Source: an uncultured Pseudomonadota bacterium
Lineage (GTDB): Bacteria; Pseudomonadota; Gammaproteobacteria; Burkholderiales; JALYOK01
Length of the DNA stretch: 64,000 nucleotides
Direction of reading: 5' to 3'
Assembly (NCBI GenBank): GCA_963840785.1
Contig: CAWJAF010000003.1
Coordinates: forward strand, 585,126 to 649,125
Position numbers and translations under genes: made by a program. This document shows, piece after piece, positions 38,684 to 48,387 of the stretch; position 1 is the first letter of the stretch; each line of letters begins with the position of its first letter. The notes beneath the pieces were generated by a model. The model worked only from the letters and a program-made list of their open reading frames with translations, was not told the DNA's origin and made no database searches.

Positions 38684-40865
38684 TTGATCACCGCTATTCC
38701 CGCAGATTTCGATAGCATCCTGACCGCACGCAGCCATGATCCGCATTCGATATCTCGGGACCGCAGCAAAATGGTGATAGCTATTTGTTTCGCGTATTTC
38801 GCCCCTATGCCACGAGCGTCTCGATGCGCGTCGGGTAACACTGAGAAGCCGTTAACGCGCATTCATCCGGCGGGAATTTTCGAGTGGCACGGCACGCTGC
38901 CAACACAGAAAGATCGCGTACTTATTGCCGACGAAAACGGCGTCAAAGTTGTTTTCCACGACCCCTATTCGTTTCCCGCTCAGCTAACGCAAGACGATCT
39001 TTATCTATTCAATTCTGGAAAGTTGCATCAAGCCTACCGCAGCCTCGGCGCACACGCGCGTTCGATCGACGGCGTTGATGGTGTGCGCTTCGCGGTTTGG
39101 GCACCCAATGCCGGACGAGTTAGCGTGGTTGGCGAGTTTAATCGTTGGGATGGTCGCGTTCATCCCATGCGCAGTCATGGCGAAAGCGGTGTGTGGGAAT
39201 TATTCATTCCCGACCTTGCCGTTGGGGTTCTGTATAAATTCGAGATTCGCAATCGCCGCACCGGCCAAATTTTCGTCAAGAGCGACCCTTACGGAAACAG
39301 CTTCGAAATGCGCCCAAGCACCGCGACACGCGTCGTGTCGGCAAAGCGATACGATTGGCACGACCAGGTCTGGTTCAAACAACGCGCCGCTTGGGATTGG
39401 TTGCATGCGCCGCTCAACATTTACGAAGTCCATGTCGGTTCCTGGCGCAAACACTACGATGGCCGCAACTACACTTACCGCGATCTCGCGACGCATTTGA
39501 TTCCTTACGTGCAAGAAATGGGCTACACCCATATCGAGTTGTTGCCGATTTCCGAGCATCCGCTGGATGAATCGTGGGGTTATCAAACCACCGGTTATTT
39601 TGCCGCCACCAGCCGCTTCGGCTCGCCCGACGATTTACGTTATTTCATTGACGCCTGCCATCAAGCCAACATCGGTGTGATTCTCGATTGGGTGCCGGCG
39701 CATTTTCCCACCGATGATTTTGCGCTGGCGCGCTTCGACGGCACGGCGCTTTATGAACACGAAGATCCGCGCCTGGGTTTTCATCAGGATTGGGGCACGA
39801 ATATTTTCAACTATGGCCGCAATGAAGTCCGTAGCTTTTTGCTTTCCAGCGCCCATTATTGGTTGTCAGAATTTCACATTGACGGTTTGCGCGTCGATGC
39901 CGTCGCCTCGATGCTTTATCTCGATTATTCGCGCAAAGCCGGCGAATGGTTGCCAAACAAATTTGGCGGTCGAGAAAATTTGGACGCAATCGATTTTTTG
40001 CGCGAGCTCAACGTCATGGTTCACGAGCAATTTCCAGGCGCGCTAACCTTCGCCGAAGAATCCACCGCCTGGCCCGGCGTGTCGCGCCCAACCTATCTGG
40101 GCGGACTTAGGCTTTTCGATGAAATGGAACATGGGCTGGATGAACGATACGCTGCGTTATTTCGCGCGCGAGCCGATCTTTCGCCGTTTTCATCAAAACG
40201 AACTCACCTTCGGCCAGCTTTATGCCTACAGTGAAAACTTCGTGCTGCCGTTTTCCCACGATGAAGTCGTTCATGGGAAACATTCGCTGCTCGACAAAAT
40301 GCCCGGCGATCGCCTGGCAAAAATTTGCCAATTTACGTTTGCTGTTGACCTATCACGCCACCGTGCCGGGAAAAAAACTCAACTTCATGGGCAACGAAAT
40401 TGGCCAAGGACGCGAATGGTCGGAGAAGCGCGAACTGGATTGGAGTCTGCTCGAGTTCGACTTTCAGCACGGCATCAAGCAACTCTCCGAGGATCTCAAT
40501 AAGCTATATCGAGAAAATCCCGCGTTGCACGAACTCGATTTTGCCCAAGAAGGATTTCAGTGGATCGACTGCCACGATGCCGATCACTCCATCGTCAGTT
40601 TCATTCGACGCGGGCGCACATGGCCGATTTGTCATCGTTGCGCTGAATTTCACGCCGGTGCCGCGCACGAATTATCGCATCGGCGTGCCGCAAGCCGGGA
40701 ACGTACGTCGAACTACTTAATAGCGACTCGATTTTCTATTCAGGTTCGAATGTGAACAACGGCGGCGGAGTCGCGTCGCAAAACTATGCTTGGATGGATC
40801 AACCGCATTCGATGTTGATCAAGCTGCCACCGTTAGCGGGCGTCGTATTGTCGAATCAAAAATAA
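38684..40865 (+). pseudogene. glgB: 1,4-alpha-glucan branching enzyme, at least 6 frameshifts as assembled
   Basis: [25 protein letters not shown] and [13 protein letters not shown] are in ORF 38684..40234. A hidden frame excursion at about 38745-38830 reads [28 protein letters not shown]-terminal pieces lie in 40119.., 40222.., 40400.. and a last frame ending ...LPPLAGVVLSNQK* at 40865. Confidence 0.85.
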
Positions 40866-40974
40866 CATCCCTTTTGCGCGTCTTCATCGGAAGGGCGCTG
40901 CCGAACTCTTTACACCTCGGTCGCGATATTTTTATTGCGAATCGGAATACTGTCTGAATAGCTGAGCGCCTTTG

Positions 40975-42267
40975 ATGAAAAAAAACCAACTCCCACGGAT
41001 GCTTTTTAGTTTAGTATTTTTTGCAACCCTTGCGGTGGGCGCAGATCGTAGCAATTCCACTGAATCGTTAATCCTCGCCGCAGTCGTTTTGGAAGAACCC
41101 AAGGATGACGACAATGACGCCACAGCCGCTGATACAACGCCTGACTCGACGGCGACGCCAACTGATACCTCTATCGTCGGCGCGGCTGAGGCGACCAAAC
41201 ATCAAGGCTTTGAATATAAGGCGGTTTCGTTAATCGGTTCAAGAAAGGTCAAGGCAACGCTGAGTAATCCGTATATTCCTCAAACGCTTGTTAGGCGCGA
41301 GCACGTCAATTCTGCCGTCGCACAACGAACCCCCGTTTTACAAACCGGATTGTTTTGGCAGATTCACCATATGACGTGTGAGGCGGATAACAGCCTGCTC
41401 GTCGATGCCTATACTTCCAATGAACAGGGAGAGCGACAACTGGGTACCTGGCGCATCTCGGAAAGCGGCGCGATATCAGCAGAGTATGTACAAAAATATG
41501 GTCCGAATGGCGATAAACGTTCTGGAATGAGGAAGAGCAAAGCTATTCGCTTTAAAGACGGCAGCAAATTTGTCGCGATTTTCCCTGAGAAGGAAGTCGT
41601 CAAACAAAAGATCAATGGCATTGAAACCGAAATACGCGTCCTTCGCAAAGCCTACGATGCGATGCGCGACGAAGTGATTGTGGAAACGAGTCGGTATTCC
41701 GGTGAGGGACATCCTTTCTATGGCAGTATTTTCTCGATTTGGCGTCAGGGGAACAATGCTCAGGCGCGTCGATTGATTAGCTGGTCTGCATTGGGCAAGG
41801 ACATTTCCAAGTACGGCTATCCATTTGATTTGCGCGGATTCTATGCCGGGCAGATCAGCGCGATGGCGGTCGATAAAGAAGGCCGGATTTTTCTATCAAT
41901 CTATGTCGATGCACACGCGGGCGTGGCAGCAAATGACTCGAATAGAATCAGCAGAAACGTGATTTATCGGTTGGATGAAGCGAACAAAAAAATGATCCCG
42001 GTTGTCGATACCGATCTCGACAAACTCTATAAAAGCGGTAAGCAGGCAAACGATTCGGGTTTTAGCGAACGCATTCTGGAAGGCATCGGTTACTATGCAG
42101 ACGGACCGTTAAACAACGCATTCATCGGTGATATTCCGGTACGTCAAATCTGCTTCGATCAAAAGAATCATCTTTTTCTTCTCGATAGCACCCGCAAAAG
42201 CACTAAGAATGCGGTCATCAGGAAAATCGATTTTGACAAGAATCTGATGTCCACCTGGGCACATTAG
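40975..42267 (+). CDS. secreted hypothetical protein, possibly with a partial beta-propeller at the C terminus
   Basis: Signal peptide MKKNQLPRMLFSLVFFATLAVGA, an acidic Thr/Asp linker, and C-terminal repeats that look NHL/propeller-like (GRIFLSIYVD, NHLFLLDSTR). No family recognised. Confidence 0.5.
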   Translation: MKKNQLPRMLFSLVFFATLAVGADRSNSTESLILAAVVLEEPKDDDNDATAADTTPDSTATPTDTSIVGAAEATKHQGFEYKAVSLIGSRKVKATLSNPYIPQTLVRREHVNSAVAQRTPVLQTGLFWQIHHMTCEADNSLLVDAYTSNEQGERQLGTWRISESGAISAEYVQKYGPNGDKRSGMRKSKAIRFKDGSKFVAIFPEKEVVKQKINGIETEIRVLRKAYDAMRDEVIVETSRYSGEGHPFYGSIFSIWRQGNNAQARRLISWSALGKDISKYGYPFDLRGFYAGQISAMAVDKEGRIFLSIYVDAHAGVAANDSNRISRNVIYRLDEANKKMIPVVDTDLDKLYKSGKQANDSGFSERILEGIGYYADGPLNNAFIGDIPVRQICFDQKNHLFLLDSTRKSTKNAVIRKIDFDKNLMSTWAH

Positions 42268-42341
42268 CGTACCGTGTTATCAACTGCGGCGCAAAAATTT
42301 CGAAGAGGCGATAAACCTACAATCATCCGGCGGTACACGTA

Positions 42342-43310
42342 ATGACTCGACACGTTAGCGATCCATCTTCAGCGTTCCAAATTGAAATTGAGTTTGGCTC
42401 TCGGGCGTGGTTCGACAAACTGTTCGGCGCCAGTCCGGTGGGGACGACCATCACTCGCGCGCGCGATCAACTCATTATCGCCGTGAACGATGCCTGGCTG
42501 GAGCAAACGGGTTTTGAACGCGACGAAGTCATTGGCCGCACGCGCACGCAGCTGAATCTCTGGGTCGATCTCGCCGATCGTGACGCGATAGTCGAAAAAA
42601 TGCGCGAGTCAGGTTCGCTGCGCAATGTCGAAGTTCGCTATCGTCGCAAGACCGGTGAACATTCGGTGTTGTTCGGGGCGCTGGAAACCATTGAGGTTGC
42701 CGGAGAGCGTTACGTACTCGGAACATCGTTCGATATCTCCGATCGCAAGCGCGCGGAAGCGCGCTATCAACATCTCGCCACTCACGACGCGTTAACGGAT
42801 CTCCCTAACCGCGCATTGCTGATGGATCGGCTGGGCCAAGCGATTCGCAGCGCCGAACGTCATCACACTCGCGTTGCGGTGCTATTCATCGATCTCGACG
42901 GGTTTAAGAAAATCAACGATGTACTTGGCCATAAAATCGGCGACGAACTGCTGCGCGCTGTGGCACTGCGCCTTGCCGGGTGCGTTCGCGAAGCGGACAC
43001 GGTCGCGCGTTTGGGCGGCGACGAGTTCGTTGTATTGTTGGACGCCTGGTATTCCATCGACGAAGTCACCGTGATCGCGAATAAACTATGCGATGCGTTG
43101 CGGTCGGATTTTGTAGTCAGCGGCCACCACGTGCAACAATTTGCCAGCATTGGCATCAGCGTTTATCCCGACGATGGCGGCGACGGTGCGACGCTATTGG
43201 ATCGAGCTGATCAGGTGATGTACCGCGCGAAGGAATGCGGCGGCAGGTGGATGCGTTGGTCAGAAAGAGAGAGCTCGGCGAACGATGCGCACTTAATAAA
43301 AGATGCCTGA
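42342..43310 (+). CDS. PAS-domain diguanylate cyclase (GGDEF)
   Basis: N-terminal PAS-like region, then HDALTDLPNR...RLGGDEFVVLL...YRAKECG. Confidence 0.85.
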   Translation: MTRHVSDPSSAFQIEIEFGSRAWFDKLFGASPVGTTITRARDQLIIAVNDAWLEQTGFERDEVIGRTRTQLNLWVDLADRDAIVEKMRESGSLRNVEVRYRRKTGEHSVLFGALETIEVAGERYVLGTSFDISDRKRAEARYQHLATHDALTDLPNRALLMDRLGQAIRSAERHHTRVAVLFIDLDGFKKINDVLGHKIGDELLRAVALRLAGCVREADTVARLGGDEFVVLLDAWYSIDEVTVIANKLCDALRSDFVVSGHHVQQFASIGISVYPDDGGDGATLLDRADQVMYRAKECGGRWMRWSERESSANDAHLIKDA

Positions 43311-43364
43311 AACACCGCGCCGATACTGGCTCCCAGGCCAGTGATCAATACATTTCGTTATGTA

Positions 43365-44069
43365 CTACCAAGCAAGCGGCTGCCTGTCGCGAAAAAATCC
43401 GCCACGCGGCCCATCATCGCCCAAGGTCGCAAGCCAGACAGCAGTATCAGCGCCCTCCACCAAACTACGCGGCGCATTCTGCCCACCCATGTCGCTCCTC
43501 ACCCAACCGGGACACATGGAATTCACCAGAATATTCGCATCGGCCAATTCGGCAGCTAGCGCACAGGTCAGTGAATTCAGCGCGCTTTTCGAAATTCTAT
43601 AGGCCGACGTACCTTGTCCACTTGCGCTGAGCTGCCCGAGACCACTGGAAAGATTAACGATTCGACCGTAGTTTTTTTCTTTCATCAACGGCACCAGCGC
43701 GCGGCACAACATCGCCGGACCATAGACGTTGGTCGCCATAGTTTTGTGCAATATGTCCGGGCTCATTTCCGATGCGTTGCTTCCCTTCGGATCGAGCATG
43801 ACGCCGGCATTGTTGACCAGAATATCCGCAACGCCGAAATTTTTCTTGATGTAGTCGCGTAAGATTTGCACGGCGGTAATGTCAGTGACATCGCAGACGT
43901 GGTAGGCGACATCAAATCCTTCGTCTTTCAGTTTCTGGCATGCACCTGCGGCTTTCGCGGCGCTACGCGCCGTGACAACAACGCGAATGCCGCGCTTCGC
44001 TAACTGTCGGCTGATTTCCAGCCCGATGCCACGATTGGCGCCGGTGACGACTGCAATGCGTTGCTCCAT
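43365..44069 (-). CDS. short-chain dehydrogenase/reductase
   Basis: VVTGANRGIGLEI (TGxxxGxG) and YRISKSAL (YxxxK). Confidence 0.85.
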   Translation of the reverse strand: MEQRIAVVTGANRGIGLEISRQLAKRGIRVVVTARSAAKAAGACQKLKDEGFDVAYHVCDVTDITAVQILRDYIKKNFGVADILVNNAGVMLDPKGSNASEMSPDILHKTMATNVYGPAMLCRALVPLMKEKNYGRIVNLSSGLGQLSASGQGTSAYRISKSALNSLTCALAAELADANILVNSMCPGWVRSDMGGQNAPRSLVEGADTAVWLATLGDDGPRGGFFRDRQPLAW

Positions 44070-44080
44070 TTAATTTACCC

Positions 44081-44662
44081 TCAAAAAGTCGAACCGGGTT
44101 GGCGCAGAAATTCCAATTCGGCTGGCGTGCTTACGCGGCCAATAAATTTATTGCGATGGGGAAATCGTCCGAAACGCGCGATGACGTCTTGATGCCGCTT
44201 GGCGTAATCTAGAAAATCCGCGCGGCGCGGATCCGCATCCACCAAGGCTTGCACCAGCGCGACGCAACGCGCTTGATCGGACAACGTTTCGCTATGCTCA
44301 AAGGGCAGATAAAAGAACACCCGCTCGACTGAATTAACCGCTTGATCGTGACCACGATCGACTGCAAAACGCGCCAGGTCGAGCGCCATTGGATCGGTAG
44401 CAAATGCCTGCGGGGTATCACGAAACATATTGCGCGGAAACTGGTCGAGCACGACGATTAGGCTCAAGCAATGCTTTGCATCATCGCGCCACACTCGCAG
44501 ATCGCCGCGCGCCGCTGCGTCGAAAGTTTCGAGAAAACGTTGGCGAATTTCTTCGTCGAAATCGGGATCTTTAACGAACCACTGTTTGCGTGGCTGAGCA
44601 AACTCATCGCGATTCGGCCCGCCGAACCAGAAATCGAAAATCGCGTCAGGCGCGGCAATCAC
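44081..44662 (-). CDS. DUF924-family protein
   Basis: IFDFWFG...WFVKDPDFDEEIRQRF...LIVVLDQFPRNMFR...FFYLPFEHSE pattern. Confidence 0.75.
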   Translation of the reverse strand: MIAAPDAIFDFWFGGPNRDEFAQPRKQWFVKDPDFDEEIRQRFLETFDAAARGDLRVWRDDAKHCLSLIVVLDQFPRNMFRDTPQAFATDPMALDLARFAVDRGHDQAVNSVERVFFYLPFEHSETLSDQARCVALVQALVDADPRRADFLDYAKRHQDVIARFGRFPHRNKFIGRVSTPAELEFLRQPGSTF

Positions 44663-44663
44663 G

Positions 44664-45329
44664 CTACTTTAGCAATCCCAGTAAATCCGATTCCAGCTTG
44701 CCGGTCGGCTGGCATTTTGTTTGCGCGTTGGGAAACGTTCCGGTCTGGCCGGTATTGAAACTAATCGTATCGTTCAGCAGCAAGGGCTTTGAATTCGAGC
44801 CGCCGACTACCGATTGATCACGCGTCAGTGTATAGCTTGATGCCGCGCTGATGCGGGTTTTTTCTGACTCGGCTTCGTTAAAAATCATGCGTACCGCGGC
44901 CGTCAAACCCATACGCCGCTCCACTTGATAGACCTTGCCCTTGCGCAAGACTTGATATTGTTGATACGCACTCGAGGCAGAAAAATCGTAATTCTTATCA
45001 CCTTCAGGCAATTTCACCGCACTGACAACACGACCACAATCGACATAACTTTGTGGATCGCCGCTGTAGCGTACTTGTAACTCGCCCTTCGCCTCATCGA
45101 CTTGGTCGATATAAAAATTCGTACGGCTTACGGCCAGCATGAACTTTTTCCAGACGGCATTCTTCGGCCGCCAAACGTCTCGTTCCAGATCGGAAACGAC
45201 TTCGATTTCCGGCTTCACATAGGCGCTGGGCGGTTTCACCGGTGGCGGGCCAGGCTGTGGCCGCGGCTCAAACATTGAACAACCGGCCAGGAAAAACAAC
45301 ACTAAAACTAAATTGAGAGTATTTTTCAT
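44664..45329 (-). CDS. hypothetical lipoprotein
   Basis: MKNTLNLVLVLFFLAGC lipobox. The ATG at 45329 overlaps the upstream stop (ATGA). Confidence 0.6.
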   Translation of the reverse strand: MKNTLNLVLVLFFLAGCSMFEPRPQPGPPPVKPPSAYVKPEIEVVSDLERDVWRPKNAVWKKFMLAVSRTNFYIDQVDEAKGELQVRYSGDPQSYVDCGRVVSAVKLPEGDKNYDFSASSAYQQYQVLRKGKVYQVERRMGLTAAVRMIFNEAESEKTRISAASSYTLTRDQSVVGGSNSKPLLLNDTISFNTGQTGTFPNAQTKCQPTGKLESDLLGLLK

Positions 45330-45982
45330 TCGTCGTTCAGTATCCGAGAAAGCACTACTAACATACCCGCCGTTGCGCCCCAAATATTGTAACCGTCATA
45401 GGGCATGGCGTAAAAGTGCCGCAAGCGCCCGGCGCGCATGGCGCTTTGCATTTGGCGATGGGCAGGATCGATGACAAATGATAACGGCACCTCGAACGCG
45501 TCAGCCACTTCGAACGAATCGAGCGTCAGTTCAAAAGGCGGCTCCACCCAACCGACGATGGGCGTGACGCGAAATCCGGTTGGGATAAAGTAATCGGGAA
45601 GACTTCCGAGCAAGTGAATGTGCCGACGCGCCAGGCCGATTTCTTCTTCTGTTTCGCGCAACGCTGTTTCTTCCGCGTTGGTATCGTTCGCGTCAACTTT
45701 GCCGCCGGGAAAACTGATCTGGCCGGCGTGATCGTTCAGATGATCGGTACGACGAGTTAACAACACCGTCAGCCCGTCGGGGCGATTGACCAGTGGCACC
45801 AACACGGCTGCAGGCGTCGTCGCCGCCATTTCTTCCGGCGTCATACTCAATCGGCCGTCTTCTACCGGCAGCGTTCTGCGAATGCCCAGACGCGCAGCAA
45901 GGCTGTGGCGATCAATTGAAGCAACGTCTACACTAGCGGGGTCAAACATTTTCAATGTGGCCGGCGAATTGATTTCCATCAA
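45326..45982 (-). CDS. NUDIX CoA pyrophosphatase (NudL-like)
   Basis: LLTRRTDHLNDHAGQISFPGGKVD...ETALRETEEEIGL (Nudix box preceded by the CoA-ase motif). Confidence 0.8.
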   Translation of the reverse strand: MMEINSPATLKMFDPASVDVASIDRHSLAARLGIRRTLPVEDGRLSMTPEEMAATTPAAVLVPLVNRPDGLTVLLTRRTDHLNDHAGQISFPGGKVDANDTNAEETALRETEEEIGLARRHIHLLGSLPDYFIPTGFRVTPIVGWVEPPFELTLDSFEVADAFEVPLSFVIDPAHRQMQSAMRAGRLRHFYAMPYDGYNIWGATAGMLVVLSRILNDE

Positions 45983-47486
45983 GACATTTTACCCGACTAA
46001 ACGACGCCTTTCCTTCCCTACGACTGTTCGCAGTTCGAAACGGTGGATTGCGCTCGTCGCGGTATTTTTCCTCAGCCCCTGGTTAGCGAACGCCGCCAGC
46101 GAATCCGCCTGCCGTCAACTTTACGCGGCGGTGGATAAAAGCATTTCGCAGGCGGGCGTGCGCGACGCGCAGGAAATCATGATTAAAGGATTCCCATATC
46201 TACGTACCAACCGATTTCTCGCCAGCCTAGTGAACGAAGCGGACACTCAGGAACGTTTTGAATTTCTGCTGACACAATTGAGGGCGCTCGATCAGCGTGC
46301 GCGCGAGATTGAGCTGAGCAATTTGCCAGCCGTTCAGCGCGCACACGTCGATCGAATCGCCAGTGATGTCACACCGGATCAGGCGACTCTCGTCGCATCC
46401 TTGAAGAATTGCGCACAAATATTGCTCACGGTTGATAGCGCCGATACCGCGGCGATCAAAAAAAATATTCACGTTCCGCCTCACTATAGCTTGATGCGGC
46501 GCCTGGTCGGTCTTTATCCGATCACGGCGATTCCGTTTGCGCGAGGTATTCGTAAATTTCAGGCGGACATGACGCAGTCGTATGCAAAGAATTTGAACGA
46601 CGCGGTCGACGAGGCAAACGTCACGGTGTACGCGGCACCTCCCGCAACCTCCCTCGACGTTGCAAAAATCCTAAGCGAGGCGAGCGAAAATCCGTTGCGT
46701 ATTCCTTTGCCGACAGAAGAACAGCTTGCGCAATTGTTTACCCGGTTCGCACCGAACTTCGCGGTCGACAGCAAAGGAGAATTCGATCGACCCGGCGCGA
46801 TAATGTTGGATGACGACGGCCGCAGTCGAATCGGAACCGGGCCTGCAGCAATTTATACGCTCGCCTCTCATGTCAAGTTTGCTGGGCAAATTTTGCTGCA
46901 ATTGAACTACACGATATGGTTTAGCGAGCGTCCCAAAAAGGGCAGATTCGATATGCTCGGCGGCGCGCTCGACGGCGTGATGTGGCGTGTGACGCTTGCG
47001 CCAAACGGCGAACCGCTTCTTTACGATACGATTCATCCGTGCGGTTGTTATCACTTGTTTTTCCCAACCGATCGCCTCAAAGCCCGCGCACCGCATCGGT
47101 CGCTTCAGGAACACGCCTATATTCCGCAGAACGCGCCGCAGCTAGAAGCAGTTGCGCGCCCAACCATTTGGATCGAAAGCGCAACACACTATGTTGTGCG
47201 CGTAACCAACGAATCGCTGGCAACATCGGCGCAATATGGATTTGCAGACTACGATCAACTGCGCTCGCTGACAAAAAAAGACGGCACGCGGCAAAGTTTG
47301 TTTCGTCCCGACGGCCTAGTGAAAGGCAGCGAACGCGGCGAACGCGTGTTGTTTTGGCCGATGGGGATTGCCAGTGCCGGGGCGATGCGGCAATGGGGAC
47401 ATCACGCAACGGCATTCGTCGGCATGCGGCATTTTGACGACGCTGATTTGATCGAGAAAGCGTTCGAGCTGGCAACTTCAGAATGA
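45969..47486 (+). CDS. conserved-looking hypothetical exported protein
   Basis: Only the part after 45982 is free of the opposite-strand NUDIX gene. A TTG at 45969 would give a signal-like KRWIALVAVFFLSPWLANA/AS. Contains an HPCGCYHLFFP motif. No family recognised. Confidence 0.5.
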   Translation: MISIKTFYPTKRRLSFPTTVRSSKRWIALVAVFFLSPWLANAASESACRQLYAAVDKSISQAGVRDAQEIMIKGFPYLRTNRFLASLVNEADTQERFEFLLTQLRALDQRAREIELSNLPAVQRAHVDRIASDVTPDQATLVASLKNCAQILLTVDSADTAAIKKNIHVPPHYSLMRRLVGLYPITAIPFARGIRKFQADMTQSYAKNLNDAVDEANVTVYAAPPATSLDVAKILSEASENPLRIPLPTEEQLAQLFTRFAPNFAVDSKGEFDRPGAIMLDDDGRSRIGTGPAAIYTLASHVKFAGQILLQLNYTIWFSERPKKGRFDMLGGALDGVMWRVTLAPNGEPLLYDTIHPCGCYHLFFPTDRLKARAPHRSLQEHAYIPQNAPQLEAVARPTIWIESATHYVVRVTNESLATSAQYGFADYDQLRSLTKKDGTRQSLFRPDGLVKGSERGERVLFWPMGIASAGAMRQWGHHATAFVGMRHFDDADLIEKAFELATSE

Positions 47487-47646
47487 CCTCGCCTAGATGC
47501 GCGCCACGCTTTTACCTCAGCATTGCCCGGCCTGCGACTCAATAACCACGCGCCGCTCCAAGCATATTCCATAAAGTGAAAGTACTTGCCGTATCGCTAT
47601 GATTTACTCATAATTCTCGCTCTTCGGTTCGCCTTGCAGGTAATGT

Positions 47647-48387
47647 ATGTTTAATGACGCCGCTATTATTCAAGCTCGTATCGATCTCACTGCCGCGCTA
47701 CGTTGGGCTGCGCGGCTGGGTCTTAACGAAGGCGTATGTAATCACTTTAGTTTGACCTTGCCCGGTCATCCCGATCATTTTCTGATCAACCCGCAAGGCT
47801 TTCATTGGTCGGAAATCACGCCGAACGATTTAGTTATTCTCGATGGCAAAGGCGCGATCGTTGCCAGTAAAAACCAAGTGGAACCCACCGCATTTTTTAT
47901 TCACGGCGGCATCCATCGCGGCAATCACAAAGCCTGTGTGTTGCACACCCATATGCCCTACACGACTGCGCTAACGCTGCTGGACAATGGCGAATTGATA
48001 TGGGCGAATCAAAATGCATTGCGCTTTTATGGACGGGTAGCCTATGACCATGGCGGCTATGGCGGCGTCGCGCTAGCCAAGGAAGAAGGCGACCGCATGT
48101 GCAAAGCCCTCGGGAACGCTGACGTGCTTTTCCTCGAACATCACGGCATAGTCGTTTGCGGCGAATCCATTGCCTATGCATTCGACGATCTGTATTACCT
48201 CGAACGCAGTTGCATGGTGCAAGTGTTGGCGCAAAGCACCGGGCAAAAACTTAAGATGATTCCAGAACGCTTACGACAGGGCGTGGCTGATCAAATTGGC
48301 GGTGAACGCCAGCAATCGATCCTACATTTCGACGCGCTTAAGCGCATATTAGATCGCGAAGAACCCGGTTGGTCTACGGCTAATTAA
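47647..48387 (+). CDS. class II aldolase/adducin-domain protein
   Basis: 246-aa ORF with family-like motifs (NHFS...INP, CVLHTHMPYTTAL, LEHHGIVVCG). Confidence 0.75.
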   Translation: MFNDAAIIQARIDLTAALRWAARLGLNEGVCNHFSLTLPGHPDHFLINPQGFHWSEITPNDLVILDGKGAIVASKNQVEPTAFFIHGGIHRGNHKACVLHTHMPYTTALTLLDNGELIWANQNALRFYGRVAYDHGGYGGVALAKEEGDRMCKALGNADVLFLEHHGIVVCGESIAYAFDDLYYLERSCMVQVLAQSTGQKLKMIPERLRQGVADQIGGERQQSILHFDALKRILDREEPGWSTAN

